A stretch of 64,000 nt of DNA, taken from positions 288,001 to 352,000 of the forward strand of contig CAWJGT010000009.1 in NCBI GenBank assembly GCA_963842525.1. Direction: 5' to 3'. Numbering within the stretch: the stretch's first letter is position 1; the number at the start of each line of letters is the position of its first letter. The notes below the pieces were generated by a model, which worked only from the letters and a program-made list of their open reading frames with translations, searched no databases and had not been told where the DNA came from. Source of the DNA: an uncultured Holophagales bacterium (GTDB lineage: Bacteria > Acidobacteriota > Thermoanaerobaculia > Multivoradales > UBA5704). Of this stretch, positions 43,013 to 52,986 are shown piece after piece. Position numbers and translations under genes: made by a program.

Positions 43013-44756
43013 CTACCGCGCGATCGCCGTCACCAGCTCGACATAGGGCAGGGCATTGAGGATGTGCCGCGGCTCGAGCCAGGCGCGGCGGGCCTGCTCG
43101 ATGCCGTAGCGGACCAGGTCGAGCTCGCGGGTGCGGTGCGAGTCGGTATTGATGGCCACCTTGCAGCCGAGCTCGCGGGCGAGCATCAGGTGGGAGTCCT
43201 TGAGGTCGAGCCGGTGCGGGCTGCAGTTCAGCTCGACCGTGACCCCCAACTCGGCGGCGCGGCGCAGGACGCGGTCCATGTCCAGCTCCACCGGCTTGCG
43301 GCGGTTGATGATCCGTGCAGTGGGATGGCAGAAGATATTGACCTCCGGGTGCTCGAGCGCGCGCAGCACCCGCGCGGTCTGCTGGTCCTGGGGCAGGTCG
43401 AACCGCGAGTGGAGGGAAACCAGGACGATGTCGAGGCCGGCCAGCATCTCGTCCTCCAGGTCGAGCGAGCCGTCGGCCAGGATGTCCACCTCCATGGAGC
43501 GGAGGATGCGGATCTCCGGGTGGCGGGCGCGGATTCCCTCGATTTCTTTCCACTGCTCGCGCAGCCGCCGGGCGTCGAGCCCGTTGGTCATCGCCAGGGC
43601 CTTGCTGTGGTCCGAGATCACCATGTACTCGTAGCCGCGGGCGGCGCAGGCCTCGACCATCTCCTCGATGCTGTTGCGGCCGTCCGACCAGGTGGAATGC
43701 ATGTGGAGATCGCCGCGCAGGTCCTCCTGGCGAATCAACTGCGGGAGGCGGCCCTGCGCCGCGGCTTCGATCTCGCCCCGGTCCTCGCGCATCTCGGGAG
43801 GGATCCAGGAGAGCCCGACCGCGGCATAGACATCCGCCTCCTCGCGGCCTGCGACCCTCTCACCTTCCCCCTCTCCCGACCGAGGGGGAGAGGGCACCCG
43901 GAAGACGCCGTATTCGGAGATCCGCAGGCCCTGCTCGACCGCACGGCGCCGGAGCTTGACGTTGTGCTCCTTCGAGCCGGTGAAGTAGACGAGGGCGGCG
44001 CCGTAGCACTCCGGCGGCACGGCCCGCAGGTCGACCTGGAGGCCCGAGCCGAGCACGACCGTGGCGCGGGTGTCGCCGGCCATCAGGACCTTGTCGATCT
44101 GGGCATAGCGCAGGAAGTGCTCCATGACCATGGCCGGTTTCGCGGCGATCGCCAGGAGGTCGATGTCGCCGACCGTCTCTCGGCGCCGGCGGTAGCTGCC
44201 GGCGACCTCCAGGCGCTCGACCTCGGGGAGCGAGCGGAGCCAGTCGACCAGCGGCTCCACCCAGCGGTCGGCGTCGGAAAGCAGCATGCGGCTGCTGTGC
44301 TGGCGGTGGTCTGCGATCCCGTCGAGGATCTTCTGCTGTGTCTTCGCGCCGAAGCCGGGGACCGAGGCGATGCGGCCGGCCTTCGCGGCCACCTCCAGCT
44401 CCTCGACCGAGCAGATCTGGAAGCTCGTCCCAAAGCTTTTTGGCTTTCTTGGGGCCGACGGCGGGCACGCGCATCAGCTCCAGGAGGGAGCGCGGCACCT
44501 CGTCGAGCAGCCGGTCGCGATAGCCGAGGGTGCCGGTCTCGACCATCTCCCGGATACGGCCCGCCATCTCCTTGCCGATGCCCGGCAGGTCGGTCAGGGA
44601 CCGGCCCTCTTCGAGCATCCGCTGGAGCGGCGTGGTCTGCACCTCGACCGTCCGCGCCGCGTTGCGGTAGGCACGGATACGGAATGTGTTCTCGTTCTGG
44701 ATCTCGAGGACGTCGGCCACCTCCTCGAGCACGCGGGCGATCTCGACGTTGTTCAT
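43013..44756 (-). CDS. polX: DNA polymerase/3'-5' exonuclease PolX with PHP domain (frameshift near 44410)
   Basis: FRIRAYRNAA, AGSYRR, GDIDLL, QVDLR, YFTGSKEHN, DLHMHSTWSDG, NTDSH. Confidence 0.93.
43855..43893. repeat. REP-like remnant inside polX, in frame
   Basis: CCCTCTC..CCCTCTCCC..GGGGGAGAGGG encoding PSPPRSGEGEGER. Confidence 0.6.
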
Positions 44757-44828
44757 GGGGCGGAGTCTATCCGGAGCGGATTTGGGTATGATGTGAGCTT
44801 CAGAAAACGGGGAGGAGAGGCTCCGACC

Positions 44829-45281
44829 ATGGATCTGTGCATTCTGCGGCGAGGTTTCGGTCTGCTGGTGCTCGTGCTGCTGGCCTTCGGCTGCGGCGGG
44901 GACGGCGACCGCGACTCGCCGACCGAGCCGGCGCCTTCGGCGGACAGCCTGGCGCTCGTTTCCATCGAGCCGCGGGAAGGCACCGTGCTCCGTGTGAACC
45001 AGCGGGTGGAGGTCCGGACACGGCTGCGCTATGGGCTGGCTTCGCAGCCGCGCGGGGAGGTCAATGCGTTGGCCTTCAGCCCCGACGCCCTGGTGCCGAT
45101 CTTCACCTCGCCGCTCCTGCCGACCGCGAACGTCTCGCGCGGGAGCGGCGAGGTGGGCCTGAGCTTCTCCTTCACAGTCCCGCCAGGCGCTAAGACCGTG
45201 CTCGTCACGTACGGCCTTTTCCCGGACGGGACCACCTCCTCGGACAAGGGAGTCGACATCCTCTATCCGGTCGACGGCTAG
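44829..45281 (+). CDS. Hypothetical lipoprotein
   Basis: SD GGAGGAG; lipobox LAFGC; beta-rich mature region. Confidence 0.6.
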   Translation: MDLCILRRGFGLLVLVLLAFGCGGDGDRDSPTEPAPSADSLALVSIEPREGTVLRVNQRVEVRTRLRYGLASQPRGEVNALAFSPDALVPIFTSPLLPTANVSRGSGEVGLSFSFTVPPGAKTVLVTYGLFPDGTTSSDKGVDILYPVDG

Positions 45282-46384
45282 CCGGGCTGGACCTTCTTTC
45301 CGTTCTTCCCGTACGCCCCCGCCTGGCCGCGGATCTCGTTGTTCTCCACCGCGGCTTCGTCGGCCAGCCGGGTGAGGGCCGAGGGGACCCAGCGGCTCGC
45401 CTGCTGCCAGCCGGGCCGCGCCTCGCGGCCGTCGTCGCCATCCGCTCCGTCCGCTGGCGAGGGGAGGAAGCGGTTCACCAGCGCGAGGGTGCGGGCCGTC
45501 AGGCCGGGCATCAGCGCCGCCGCGGCGACGGCGAGGCGGGCCTGCGGGGTGATGACCAGGTGCGGCTCGCCGTAGCGGCAGGCCTCGATGATGCGGCGGG
45601 CGGCCCGCCGGCCGCTGATCGAGGTCACCGGCAGGGCGTCGGAGAGGGCGAACCAGGCGAACTCCTTGCGCCGCCGCCCCTTGAACAGGGCGTTCACGTG
45701 AGAGCCCGTACGCATCAGCCCGGGGCAGACCGTGGTGACGTACACCCCATCCTTCGCCAGCTCCGCCTGAAGAGCGTTCGACAGGCCCACCTCGGCGAAC
45801 TTGCTGGCGCTGTAGGGCGCCATGTGGGGGATCGCGATCTTGCCGCCGACCGAGGCGATGTTCACGATCCGTCCGCTTCTCTCGCGCCGGAGCCACGGCA
45901 GGGCTGCACGGATGAGATAAAGAGGCCCCCAGAAGTGGATCTTGAGGGCGTCTTCGTAGTCCTCGAGCGTCATGTGCTCGATCGGCCCCACCTGGACGAC
46001 GCCGGCGTTGTTGATGAGGACGTCGAGGCGGCCGAAGCGTTCCGCCGTCGCTCCGACCGCCCATTCGGCCTCCCTCTGCTCCCGGATGTCGCAGGGGAGC
46101 GCCAGCACCCGGTGATGGCTCACCGCGGTCAGCTCGCGGCGGGCGAGATCGAGCTCGTCCGGATCGCGGGCGAGGATCGCGAGGCGGGCTCCCTGGAGGG
46201 CCAGCTCGCGGGCCATCAGCAGGCCGAGGCCGCGCGAGCCGCCGGTGATCAGCGCCACGCGGTCCTTGAAGTCGAGGGGCGGCCGCCGCCGGATCGCCCG
46301 CGCGGCGGCCAGGAGGCCCACTCCCACCGCTCCGGCGGCCAGCCAGGGGACCGCCGGTGGAAGGTGGCTCCGTTCCCTCCTCAT
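45278..46384 (-). CDS. SDR family oxidoreductase
   Basis: TGGSRGLG, NNAG, YSASK, CPGLMRT. Confidence 0.92.
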   Translation of the reverse strand: MRRERSHLPPAVPWLAAGAVGVGLLAAARAIRRRPPLDFKDRVALITGGSRGLGLLMARELALQGARLAILARDPDELDLARRELTAVSHHRVLALPCDIREQREAEWAVGATAERFGRLDVLINNAGVVQVGPIEHMTLEDYEDALKIHFWGPLYLIRAALPWLRRERSGRIVNIASVGGKIAIPHMAPYSASKFAEVGLSNALQAELAKDGVYVTTVCPGLMRTGSHVNALFKGRRRKEFAWFALSDALPVTSISGRRAARRIIEACRYGEPHLVITPQARLAVAAAALMPGLTARTLALVNRFLPSPADGADGDDGREARPGWQQASRWVPSALTRLADEAAVENNEIRGQAGAYGKNGKKVQPG

Positions 46385-46515
46385 ACGTGCCGCTCCCGGC
46401 CGTTGCCGCGGTGATGCCCGTTGTGGCCGTTCCCGTGATGGCGGGAATGCCCGTTGGAGGTCCTGGGGTCGAGCACGGCGACTTCGTTACGGCCGTTCCA
46501 GCAGACTGCGTTCAT
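46381..46515 (-). CDS. 44-aa mini-ORF, His/Asn/Gly-rich; N-terminus resembles a Zn-dependent dehydrogenase start
   Basis: MNAVCWNGRNEVAVLDPRTSNGHSRHHGNGHNGHHRGNGRERHV; SD GGGAG; ATGA overlap with the SDR start. Confidence 0.55.
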   Translation of the reverse strand: MNAVCWNGRNEVAVLDPRTSNGHSRHHGNGHNGHHRGNGRERHV

Positions 46516-46533
46516 GACGACATCTCCCGCGGC

Positions 46534-47241
46534 TCAAAAGGGGTCGTGCAGGTTGTGAGGTTGTCCGTCGGTGGTCGGGACCTCTCCGGCCTCCATGAGG
46601 TTCTTGAAGCGGTGCAGGTCCTCGTGGGCCTGCTGGCTGGTGATGGGGGAGAGGACCCGGCCGAGGACCCGACCGAGGCCGTTGCCCGCAGGGCCGATGT
46701 CCATCTGGACCCGCACGACAGTGCCCCGGCCGTCCGGGGCGTCCTCGAAGAGCACGGTGCCCGCGTTCTGCACCTGAGAGTCCGGGAGGGAGCGCCAGGA
46801 GAGGAGCTGTCCCGGCTGCTCCTCGACGATCTCCGCCTCCCACTCCACGAGCCGGCCGACCGGGGACCTGGCAGTCCAGCGGGAGACGCCGTCGCCGAGG
46901 TCCTCGACCGATTCGAGGTGGTCCATGAACCGCGGCAGGTTTTCGAGCCGGCGCCAGAAGTCGTAGAGCTCCTGGCGCTGCCGGTAGATGGTGACGCTGG
47001 CCTCGATCTCGGCGGGAACCGCCTCCTCGGCGCGCCGGGCGAGGGCCTGCGGCACAGGCCAGTGCCCGGTGGCGCCGCGCCAGACCAGCGGCGCTCCTGC
47101 CAGGGCCAGGGGGATCGACCGCCAGGAGCGTTGCCTGGCGGCGTATGCGATCAGCGTCGCGCCGCCGATGAAGGTGGCCAGGCGTTCGGTCTGTTGGCGG
47201 GGCGTGCTGTGAGATGGATTCAGCGCTGTATCTTCTCGCAC
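46534..47241 (-). CDS. SRPBCC (cyclase/dehydrase) family protein
   Basis: LYDFWRRLENLPRFMDHLESV, WEAEI, WRSL, DLHRFKNLMEAGEVPTT; GTG start with SD GGAGG. Confidence 0.88.
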   Translation of the reverse strand: MREDTALNPSHSTPRQQTERLATFIGGATLIAYAARQRSWRSIPLALAGAPLVWRGATGHWPVPQALARRAEEAVPAEIEASVTIYRQRQELYDFWRRLENLPRFMDHLESVEDLGDGVSRWTARSPVGRLVEWEAEIVEEQPGQLLSWRSLPDSQVQNAGTVLFEDAPDGRGTVVRVQMDIGPAGNGLGRVLGRVLSPITSQQAHEDLHRFKNLMEAGEVPTTDGQPHNLHDPF

Positions 47242-47332
47242 GATGGGGACCTCCGGTGTGAAAGAATGACGGGACGGAACCTCCTTGCAGGGCAAGAGGA
47301 GCGCGGATCGAATCCGCAGATCTTGAACGGCC

Positions 47333-47347
47333 GCAAGAGACGTGCCA
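47333..47347 (-). promoter_or_regulatory. sigma-54 promoter (SRPBCC-SDR operon)
   Basis: Minus strand TGGCAC-GTCTC-TTGC, consensus match. Confidence 0.75.
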
Positions 47348-47369
47348 CGGAGGGGAAGGGAGCGCAACG

Positions 47370-47867
47370 ATGAAGAGCCGGCCTCGCGCTGGAGTCAGTC
47401 TTCTGGCGGGAGTCTTTCTAGCCCTTGCAGCCCATCCAAGCACCGCCCAGAAGGAGACGCGCATGGGATCTCGTGCCACCGGAACGTTCGAAGTCAAGAT
47501 GGCCCCGCAGGCGCTGCACGACAATGCCGGGGACGCGACCCTCGGCAGGATGTCGCTCGACAAGCAGTTCCACGGAGATCTCGAAGCGACCAGCAAGGGC
47601 GAGATGCTGACCGCCGGCACCGCCGTCAAGGGTTCGGCCGGTTACGTCGCGATCGAGCGGGTCAGCGGGAAGCTGCACGGCCGCAGCGGCACCTTCGTGC
47701 TCCAGCACAGCGGCACCATGACCCGCGGCGAGCCACACCTGACGATCACCGTCGTGCCGGACTCCGGCACCGGCCAACTGGCGGGACTTGCGGGCAAGAT
47801 GATGATCATCGTCGCCGACGGCAAGCATTCGTACGACTTCGAGTACACGCTCGCCGAAGCCCCCTGA
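47370..47867 (+). CDS. DUF3224 domain protein (alternative start 47463)
   Basis: ATGTFEVK, GSAGYVAIE, GTFVLQH, VVPDSGTGQL, HSYDFEY. Confidence 0.85.
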   Translation: MKSRPRAGVSLLAGVFLALAAHPSTAQKETRMGSRATGTFEVKMAPQALHDNAGDATLGRMSLDKQFHGDLEATSKGEMLTAGTAVKGSAGYVAIERVSGKLHGRSGTFVLQHSGTMTRGEPHLTITVVPDSGTGQLAGLAGKMMIIVADGKHSYDFEYTLAEAP

Positions 47868-47901
47868 TAGGATTGCGTCGGACTCCCCGAGGGAGACATG
47901 C

Positions 47902-50073
47902 ATGCATATCCTTCGCGCTGCCGGCGTGCGCCGGCTTCTCTGGATCATCCTGCCGGTCGCCCTGACCGCCGCTTCGTCCTGCCGTCCGTCTCCCGAGCGC
48001 ACGGTCTGCCAGGGGCCGGCGGTGCCGCTCCCCCAGGTCTGCGGGGCGAAGCTGCGCGACCCCGAGATCAGTTGCGCCGTGCCGGCCGATGTGGAGGGCG
48101 GGCTGCGGCAGGCCAACTTCAACGTCCGCCAGCGGGCCTCGGACCTCTTCTCCTGGCAGGTCTTCATCGCCCTCGATTGGCCGGCCCGCCGCGGCGAGCG
48201 CGGTGTGCCCGATCCGGCGGCGCCGATCACCGCGCCCGGTCCGCGCGTCTGGGAGACCTGGAAGGAGACGTCGGAGGTCTTCCGCGAGAAGGACGGCCTG
48301 CCGGTGGCGCCCGAGCCGTGGGATGCGCCCGTGCCGCCCATGCCGGCTGCCTGCAACGGCGCGGGGAAGCTCCTCCTCCGTGACGAAAAGGTGGACGACG
48401 AGCTCGACGCGGTCGTCCAGCCGACCTACGCCACTGGCAGCCTGCCCGGTACCCTCACCGACCAGGCCCGCCACCGCGTGCGCTACGAGATCCGCATGAA
48501 CCGGACGGCGTTCGAGTACATCGTCGACCGCCATCTGTGGGACGGCAAGGCCCAGGCCAACGTCACCGAGGTGAATTTTCCCGCGGGGTCCCAGATCGCC
48601 AAGGCCGCATGGCGGGAGGTCACGGACAAGGATGCCGGCCGCTTCCAGGCCATCGAGGCCTGTGTCTGCGAGGAAGACCCCCAGGGCAAGCCCACCGGCT
48701 GCCGCCGGCAGCGGATGGGGCTCGTGGGCTTCCATCTGATGAGCAAGACGCCCAGCGCGCCGCAGTGGGTCTGGTCGACCTTCGAGCAGGTGGACAACGT
48801 CGCCGGTGTCCACCCGTCGTTCCGGAATCCGCAGTGTCCGGATTGCCCGGAGAACCGGCAACTGCCGGCCGGCCTGCCCAACCAGGTCTCGCGCGTCATC
48901 CCGATCCCGTCCCACGACCCGGACTGCAGCCGTCCCGACCAGGCCGTGGACAACATCGCGCAGCTCAACCGGGACATGCAGGCCGCCCTGCGTGGGACCG
49001 GATCGGTGCTCCAGCACTACGAGCTGGTGTCGACCCAGTGGCCCGATGTGACGGCGCCGGCCGTCCAGGGGCAGCCGCCCACGGTCTTCGAGGCCATCCC
49101 CGCCCTGCTCGGCAACACCACGCTGGAGACCTACATCCAGGACACCTCGAGCTGCATGGGCTGCCATGCCGTGGCGGGGACCGACCGCACCCCCGATTGG
49201 GTGTCCGCTAACTTCACCTTCACCCTGAACGACGCGTGGCCCAACCCGAACACGACGCCGACCAACCTGGAGCCGGACCAGGTGCCGCGCACGGAACGCA
49301 AGATCGCCCCGCCGAAGCGGCCGGAGACGGACTGGGACCGGGAGCATTGGGATGCCATCACCGCCGGATACCAGATCGCGCTCCGGACCTATGAGCTGAT
49401 GCCCGCCCATGTCGGCTCGAAGCTCCACTGCTCGAGCTGCCATCTGGGAGCCGGCCGCGATCCGGATGCCGCCTGGTGGGTCGGCATGCTGAAGAAGTAC
49501 AAAGGCCTGGAGGGCCTCTACAACCGGATCAACCAGTGTTTCGAGCGCAGCGAGAACGGCAGCGCGATCTGCACCACCACGAGCGGGGGTTCCGGCCCAC
49601 CCTGCGCCGACAGCAAGCCGATGCAGGCCCTCGTCACCTATATGGAGTGGCTGGACGAGCAGTGGCAGCGCACAAATCCTGGCGTTGCTCCGCCGAACGG
49701 CTACCCCTGCCTGCCGGGCCCGGCGCGGCCGGTCAGCGCCGAGCGCGGGGCCTCGATCTACACGCAGAAGTGCGCCTTCTGCCACAACGCCCAGGGGCAG
49801 GGGCGCTACGAAGGCGGCATCTATTACCGGCCGGCGGTCTGGGGACCTGAGTCCTACAACGCCGATGCCGGCCTGGGGACCAACCTCACCTACCTGGCGG
49901 AATTCATCCACGCCAACATGCCGTACGGCAACGGCGGAGCGCTGACCGCGCAGGAAGCCTGGGACGTGGCCTATTTCATCGACCAGCAGGACCGTCCCGG
50001 CAAGACCAGCAGCACCGGGCAGCCCCCGAATCCGCCGGTGGTCTGTCCCTCGGGCTCCGCTGGACAGCCTTGA
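47902..50073 (+). CDS. Exported triheme c-type cytochrome with a C-terminal TsdA-like diheme domain
   Basis: CMGCH, CSSCH, CAFCH; RINQCFERS, PAVWG..SYN..AG, FIHANMPYG, EAWDVA; signal or lipobox LTAASSC. Confidence 0.8.
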   Translation: MHILRAAGVRRLLWIILPVALTAASSCRPSPERTVCQGPAVPLPQVCGAKLRDPEISCAVPADVEGGLRQANFNVRQRASDLFSWQVFIALDWPARRGERGVPDPAAPITAPGPRVWETWKETSEVFREKDGLPVAPEPWDAPVPPMPAACNGAGKLLLRDEKVDDELDAVVQPTYATGSLPGTLTDQARHRVRYEIRMNRTAFEYIVDRHLWDGKAQANVTEVNFPAGSQIAKAAWREVTDKDAGRFQAIEACVCEEDPQGKPTGCRRQRMGLVGFHLMSKTPSAPQWVWSTFEQVDNVAGVHPSFRNPQCPDCPENRQLPAGLPNQVSRVIPIPSHDPDCSRPDQAVDNIAQLNRDMQAALRGTGSVLQHYELVSTQWPDVTAPAVQGQPPTVFEAIPALLGNTTLETYIQDTSSCMGCHAVAGTDRTPDWVSANFTFTLNDAWPNPNTTPTNLEPDQVPRTERKIAPPKRPETDWDREHWDAITAGYQIALRTYELMPAHVGSKLHCSSCHLGAGRDPDAAWWVGMLKKYKGLEGLYNRINQCFERSENGSAICTTTSGGSGPPCADSKPMQALVTYMEWLDEQWQRTNPGVAPPNGYPCLPGPARPVSAERGASIYTQKCAFCHNAQGQGRYEGGIYYRPAVWGPESYNADAGLGTNLTYLAEFIHANMPYGNGGALTAQEAWDVAYFIDQQDRPGKTSSTGQPPNPPVVCPSGSAGQP

Positions 50074-50079
50074 GTCCCC

Positions 50080-51666
50080 TCAGGGCGAGCCGTGGGGCTG
50101 GTGCGGGATCGCGGGCAGCTTCGCCAGCACGCCGTAGCGGTAGCCTTTGGCGAGCCGGACGGCAATGTCCTCGCGCTCCAACCCGGAGACATCGAGCAGG
50201 TTCGGCTCCTGGCTCTCGGGCTCCGCATTGACGAGATAGCGGAGCTCGTACCCTGCCTTGCCATAGGCCTTGCGCCGGATCCCGTATTCGAGGTTCAGGA
50301 AGTCGTCGCGCACCCAGGCGGCGATGAGGTCGGGGCGGCGCGCCAGCACGTAGGCGGCGTCGTGCTTGCTGTGGCCGACCACCAGCCGTCCGGGGGCCGG
50401 TTCCAAGTGGGCGATGTGGGCGTCGGTCAGCCCGAGCATGTCGATCGTGCGCAGCCCGGAAACATAGGGCACCTTGCCGGCCGCATCGATCGCCAGGGTC
50501 GCTCCGGGGTGGGCACGGGCGAGGAACCGGCCGAGCAGCACCCACCGGTCGTAGTGCTCGGAGCGGTAGTGGAAGCGTTCGTCGGTCATCTGCGCGAGTT
50601 GGACGAGAGCTACAGCGGCGGCGATCGCGGCCAGGGTCCGTACCGATACCTCCTTCGGCGCCAGAGCGAGGAGGACAAAGGCACCCATCGGGAAGAGCGC
50701 GAGCAGGAAGCGGTCGTGGAAGACGTCGCCTCCCACGTAGACCCAGTAGCCGATCCAGGCCAGGGAGAAGAGCAGGGAGAAGGGGAGCCGGCCCGCCTCG
50801 CCGCGGACCCATCTGCGGAGCAGCCACAGCAGGGCGACGACGTGGAGCCAGAGGCCGGTGTCGAAGAGGACGATCGAGAGCTGTTTCAGGCCGGCCCCGA
50901 TGCGCGCGAGCGGCGGCCCCGCGACCTTGGCGTAGTAGGTGTTCGGCAGCGGCCAGCCGTAGTAGGAGAGACGCCAGGCGATGACGGCGGCCAGGGTCGC
51001 TCCGGACACCGCGGCCACCGCCAGGGCCGCCTGCCGCCGGCCGCGCAGGACGAGGAACAGAACGGCCAGGGAGGGCGTGAGGAAGCCGTCCGCGCGGGCC
51101 AGCACCGAGAGGACCGACAGTCCGGCGAGGAGTCCGGCCTGCCGCCCGCCGCCGTCCCGGGCCACGCGCTCGGCGGCGATCCAGATCCCCACCTGGAGGC
51201 AGAGGACCAGCGGCGTCTCCAGACCGGAGGCGACCGCCACCCAGAGCGAAGGACAGAGGGCGAAGAGCAGGGCAGCGAGGCCGGCGCGCGGTCCGCCCAG
51301 GCGCTCCCGGGCGAATCCGAAGAGCTGGAGGAGGGCTATTGCCGCAAACAGGAGGTTGAGCCCCACCGAAACGGCGAAGACGCGGTCCGGTCCGCCGAAC
51401 CGGATCGCGGGCGCCATCAGCAGCACGTAGAGAAGGTTGCTGTATCCCTCGACCCGCTCGCCCGGGTTGAAGACCAGACCGTGCCCGTCGATCAGGTTAC
51501 GGGCATAACGGTACGAGATATAAGCGTCGTCGGTTCCCTCGGCATGCCCGGAGAGGTCGGTGCTGGAGTAGCCCCGGGCCGCCTGGACGAGGCAGCCGAA
51601 GGCCAGCAGGACCAGGGCCGCCGCGAGGAGGCCGCGGCCCCCGCGGTCCGGGTGGGGAGCATCCAT
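50080..51666 (-). CDS. GT-C fold membrane glycosyltransferase-like protein
   Basis: DDAYISYRYARNL..G.GLVFNPGERVEGYSN, SGLETPL, PNTYYAK, IDMLGLTD; many TM segments. Confidence 0.75.
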   Translation of the reverse strand: MDAPHPDRGGRGLLAAALVLLAFGCLVQAARGYSSTDLSGHAEGTDDAYISYRYARNLIDGHGLVFNPGERVEGYSNLLYVLLMAPAIRFGGPDRVFAVSVGLNLLFAAIALLQLFGFARERLGGPRAGLAALLFALCPSLWVAVASGLETPLVLCLQVGIWIAAERVARDGGGRQAGLLAGLSVLSVLARADGFLTPSLAVLFLVLRGRRQAALAVAAVSGATLAAVIAWRLSYYGWPLPNTYYAKVAGPPLARIGAGLKQLSIVLFDTGLWLHVVALLWLLRRWVRGEAGRLPFSLLFSLAWIGYWVYVGGDVFHDRFLLALFPMGAFVLLALAPKEVSVRTLAAIAAAVALVQLAQMTDERFHYRSEHYDRWVLLGRFLARAHPGATLAIDAAGKVPYVSGLRTIDMLGLTDAHIAHLEPAPGRLVVGHSKHDAAYVLARRPDLIAAWVRDDFLNLEYGIRRKAYGKAGYELRYLVNAEPESQEPNLLDVSGLEREDIAVRLAKGYRYGVLAKLPAIPHQPHGSP

Positions 51667-51688
51667 GCGTCGACGGAGCCTTGCGCCG

Positions 51689-52903
51689 CTACAGCCGCTC
51701 CTGCAGGTCTCCCCCGATGCACTCGACGCCGTCTTTCGTCCAGGTGAGCCACCAGAGAGTGCGGCCGGGTAGGGTGGGCATGCGGCCCTCCCGGCCGTCC
51801 AGCCTGGCGATGACCTCGGCGTCGGTGACCTCCACGTCGGGGGCAGGCGCGCCGACCTTGGTGAAAGGGACGACCCGGAGCGTGCTGTAGAAGCCTTCGT
51901 TGAGGATGCTGGCAGCCGTGTGTCCGGGCTTGTTGCCGTTGCACATGACGCGGTGGATCATCATACGGCCCTTGTCCGTGGCCACCAGATCGTCGTGGTA
52001 GGCATGGAAGAGGGGAATGGGCTGGCGGCCGTTGCGGAAATAGGTCAGCGCCTCCTTGGCGGCGTCGAGGTCGCCCCGCACCACGCCGCGCAGCACTTCG
52101 CGCTCGGCAGGCTGCAGACCGAACGGCGCCGCCGGGGCCGGGCTTTCATAGGGGACCGCCGGCCGCGTGTCGCGGGCTCCACGGCGGAGGACCAGCCCCA
52201 GCAGCGAGAGGGCGTTGTAATCCGGTTCGAAGTCGGCCGTCCGGACCCTGAGACCACCGACGGTGAGGAGGCCATTTCTCGGCGGGCCCTCGGGGATGGA
52301 GGGGGTCCGGTTATATCGGTTGGGCTTGGGATAGCGCCGCTTCCAGTCCAGGGCCCAGGCGAGCATCTGGGGGAGCAGCTTCTGGCCGATCATGTTCGGG
52401 TTCCAGCGCTCACCCGCCACGGCCGGCGTCAGCCCCTGGGGGTAGTAGGAGGTGACCGGGTCGACCCTCTGTTCGCCTCCCTCGATGAAGGCCTTGCCGC
52501 CGGTGATGGGGGACGGCACGGCGAGAAAGGCCAGCCAGGTCCAGGTGGCCCGCAGGCAGACGTCGATTCGATGGACGATCCGCCAGTTTTGCGCCCGTCC
52601 TGCGTCCTGACGCGCCTTCATCCAGGCGGCGATCTGGGATGGCGTGTAGAGCTCCGAGCCGAATTCATTGCCCCACAGCCCCTCGCTCAACCAAACCTGG
52701 GCGAGCTCGCCGAAGAACTGGAAATTGCCGAAGGCGGCCTCGACCGAAGGCCGGAAGTTCTGGGAGCCCCCGAACGTGTTCCATGCGGTGAGCGAGGACG
52801 GGACGATACATCTCTCGAAAGGCCAGCGTCTCGGATCGCGGCCGACGAGCGAGTCGACCATCATGAAGTCGCCAAAGTCCCGGCATTCGAGCACCGTGGC
52901 CAT
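51689..52903 (-). CDS. Hypothetical protein
   Basis: 404-aa ORF with SD GGGAGG and host-like codon usage; no motif recognised. Confidence 0.6.
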   Translation of the reverse strand: MATVLECRDFGDFMMVDSLVGRDPRRWPFERCIVPSSLTAWNTFGGSQNFRPSVEAAFGNFQFFGELAQVWLSEGLWGNEFGSELYTPSQIAAWMKARQDAGRAQNWRIVHRIDVCLRATWTWLAFLAVPSPITGGKAFIEGGEQRVDPVTSYYPQGLTPAVAGERWNPNMIGQKLLPQMLAWALDWKRRYPKPNRYNRTPSIPEGPPRNGLLTVGGLRVRTADFEPDYNALSLLGLVLRRGARDTRPAVPYESPAPAAPFGLQPAEREVLRGVVRGDLDAAKEALTYFRNGRQPIPLFHAYHDDLVATDKGRMMIHRVMCNGNKPGHTAASILNEGFYSTLRVVPFTKVGAPAPDVEVTDAEVIARLDGREGRMPTLPGRTLWWLTWTKDGVECIGGDLQERL

Positions 52904-52986
52904 GTGCCCCCTCCCTTTCTTCGGTAATCTTCAAAGTATACAGGAAACGGGCAGGAGCTGCTCCCGTGCGGTACCATCCGGCCGCC

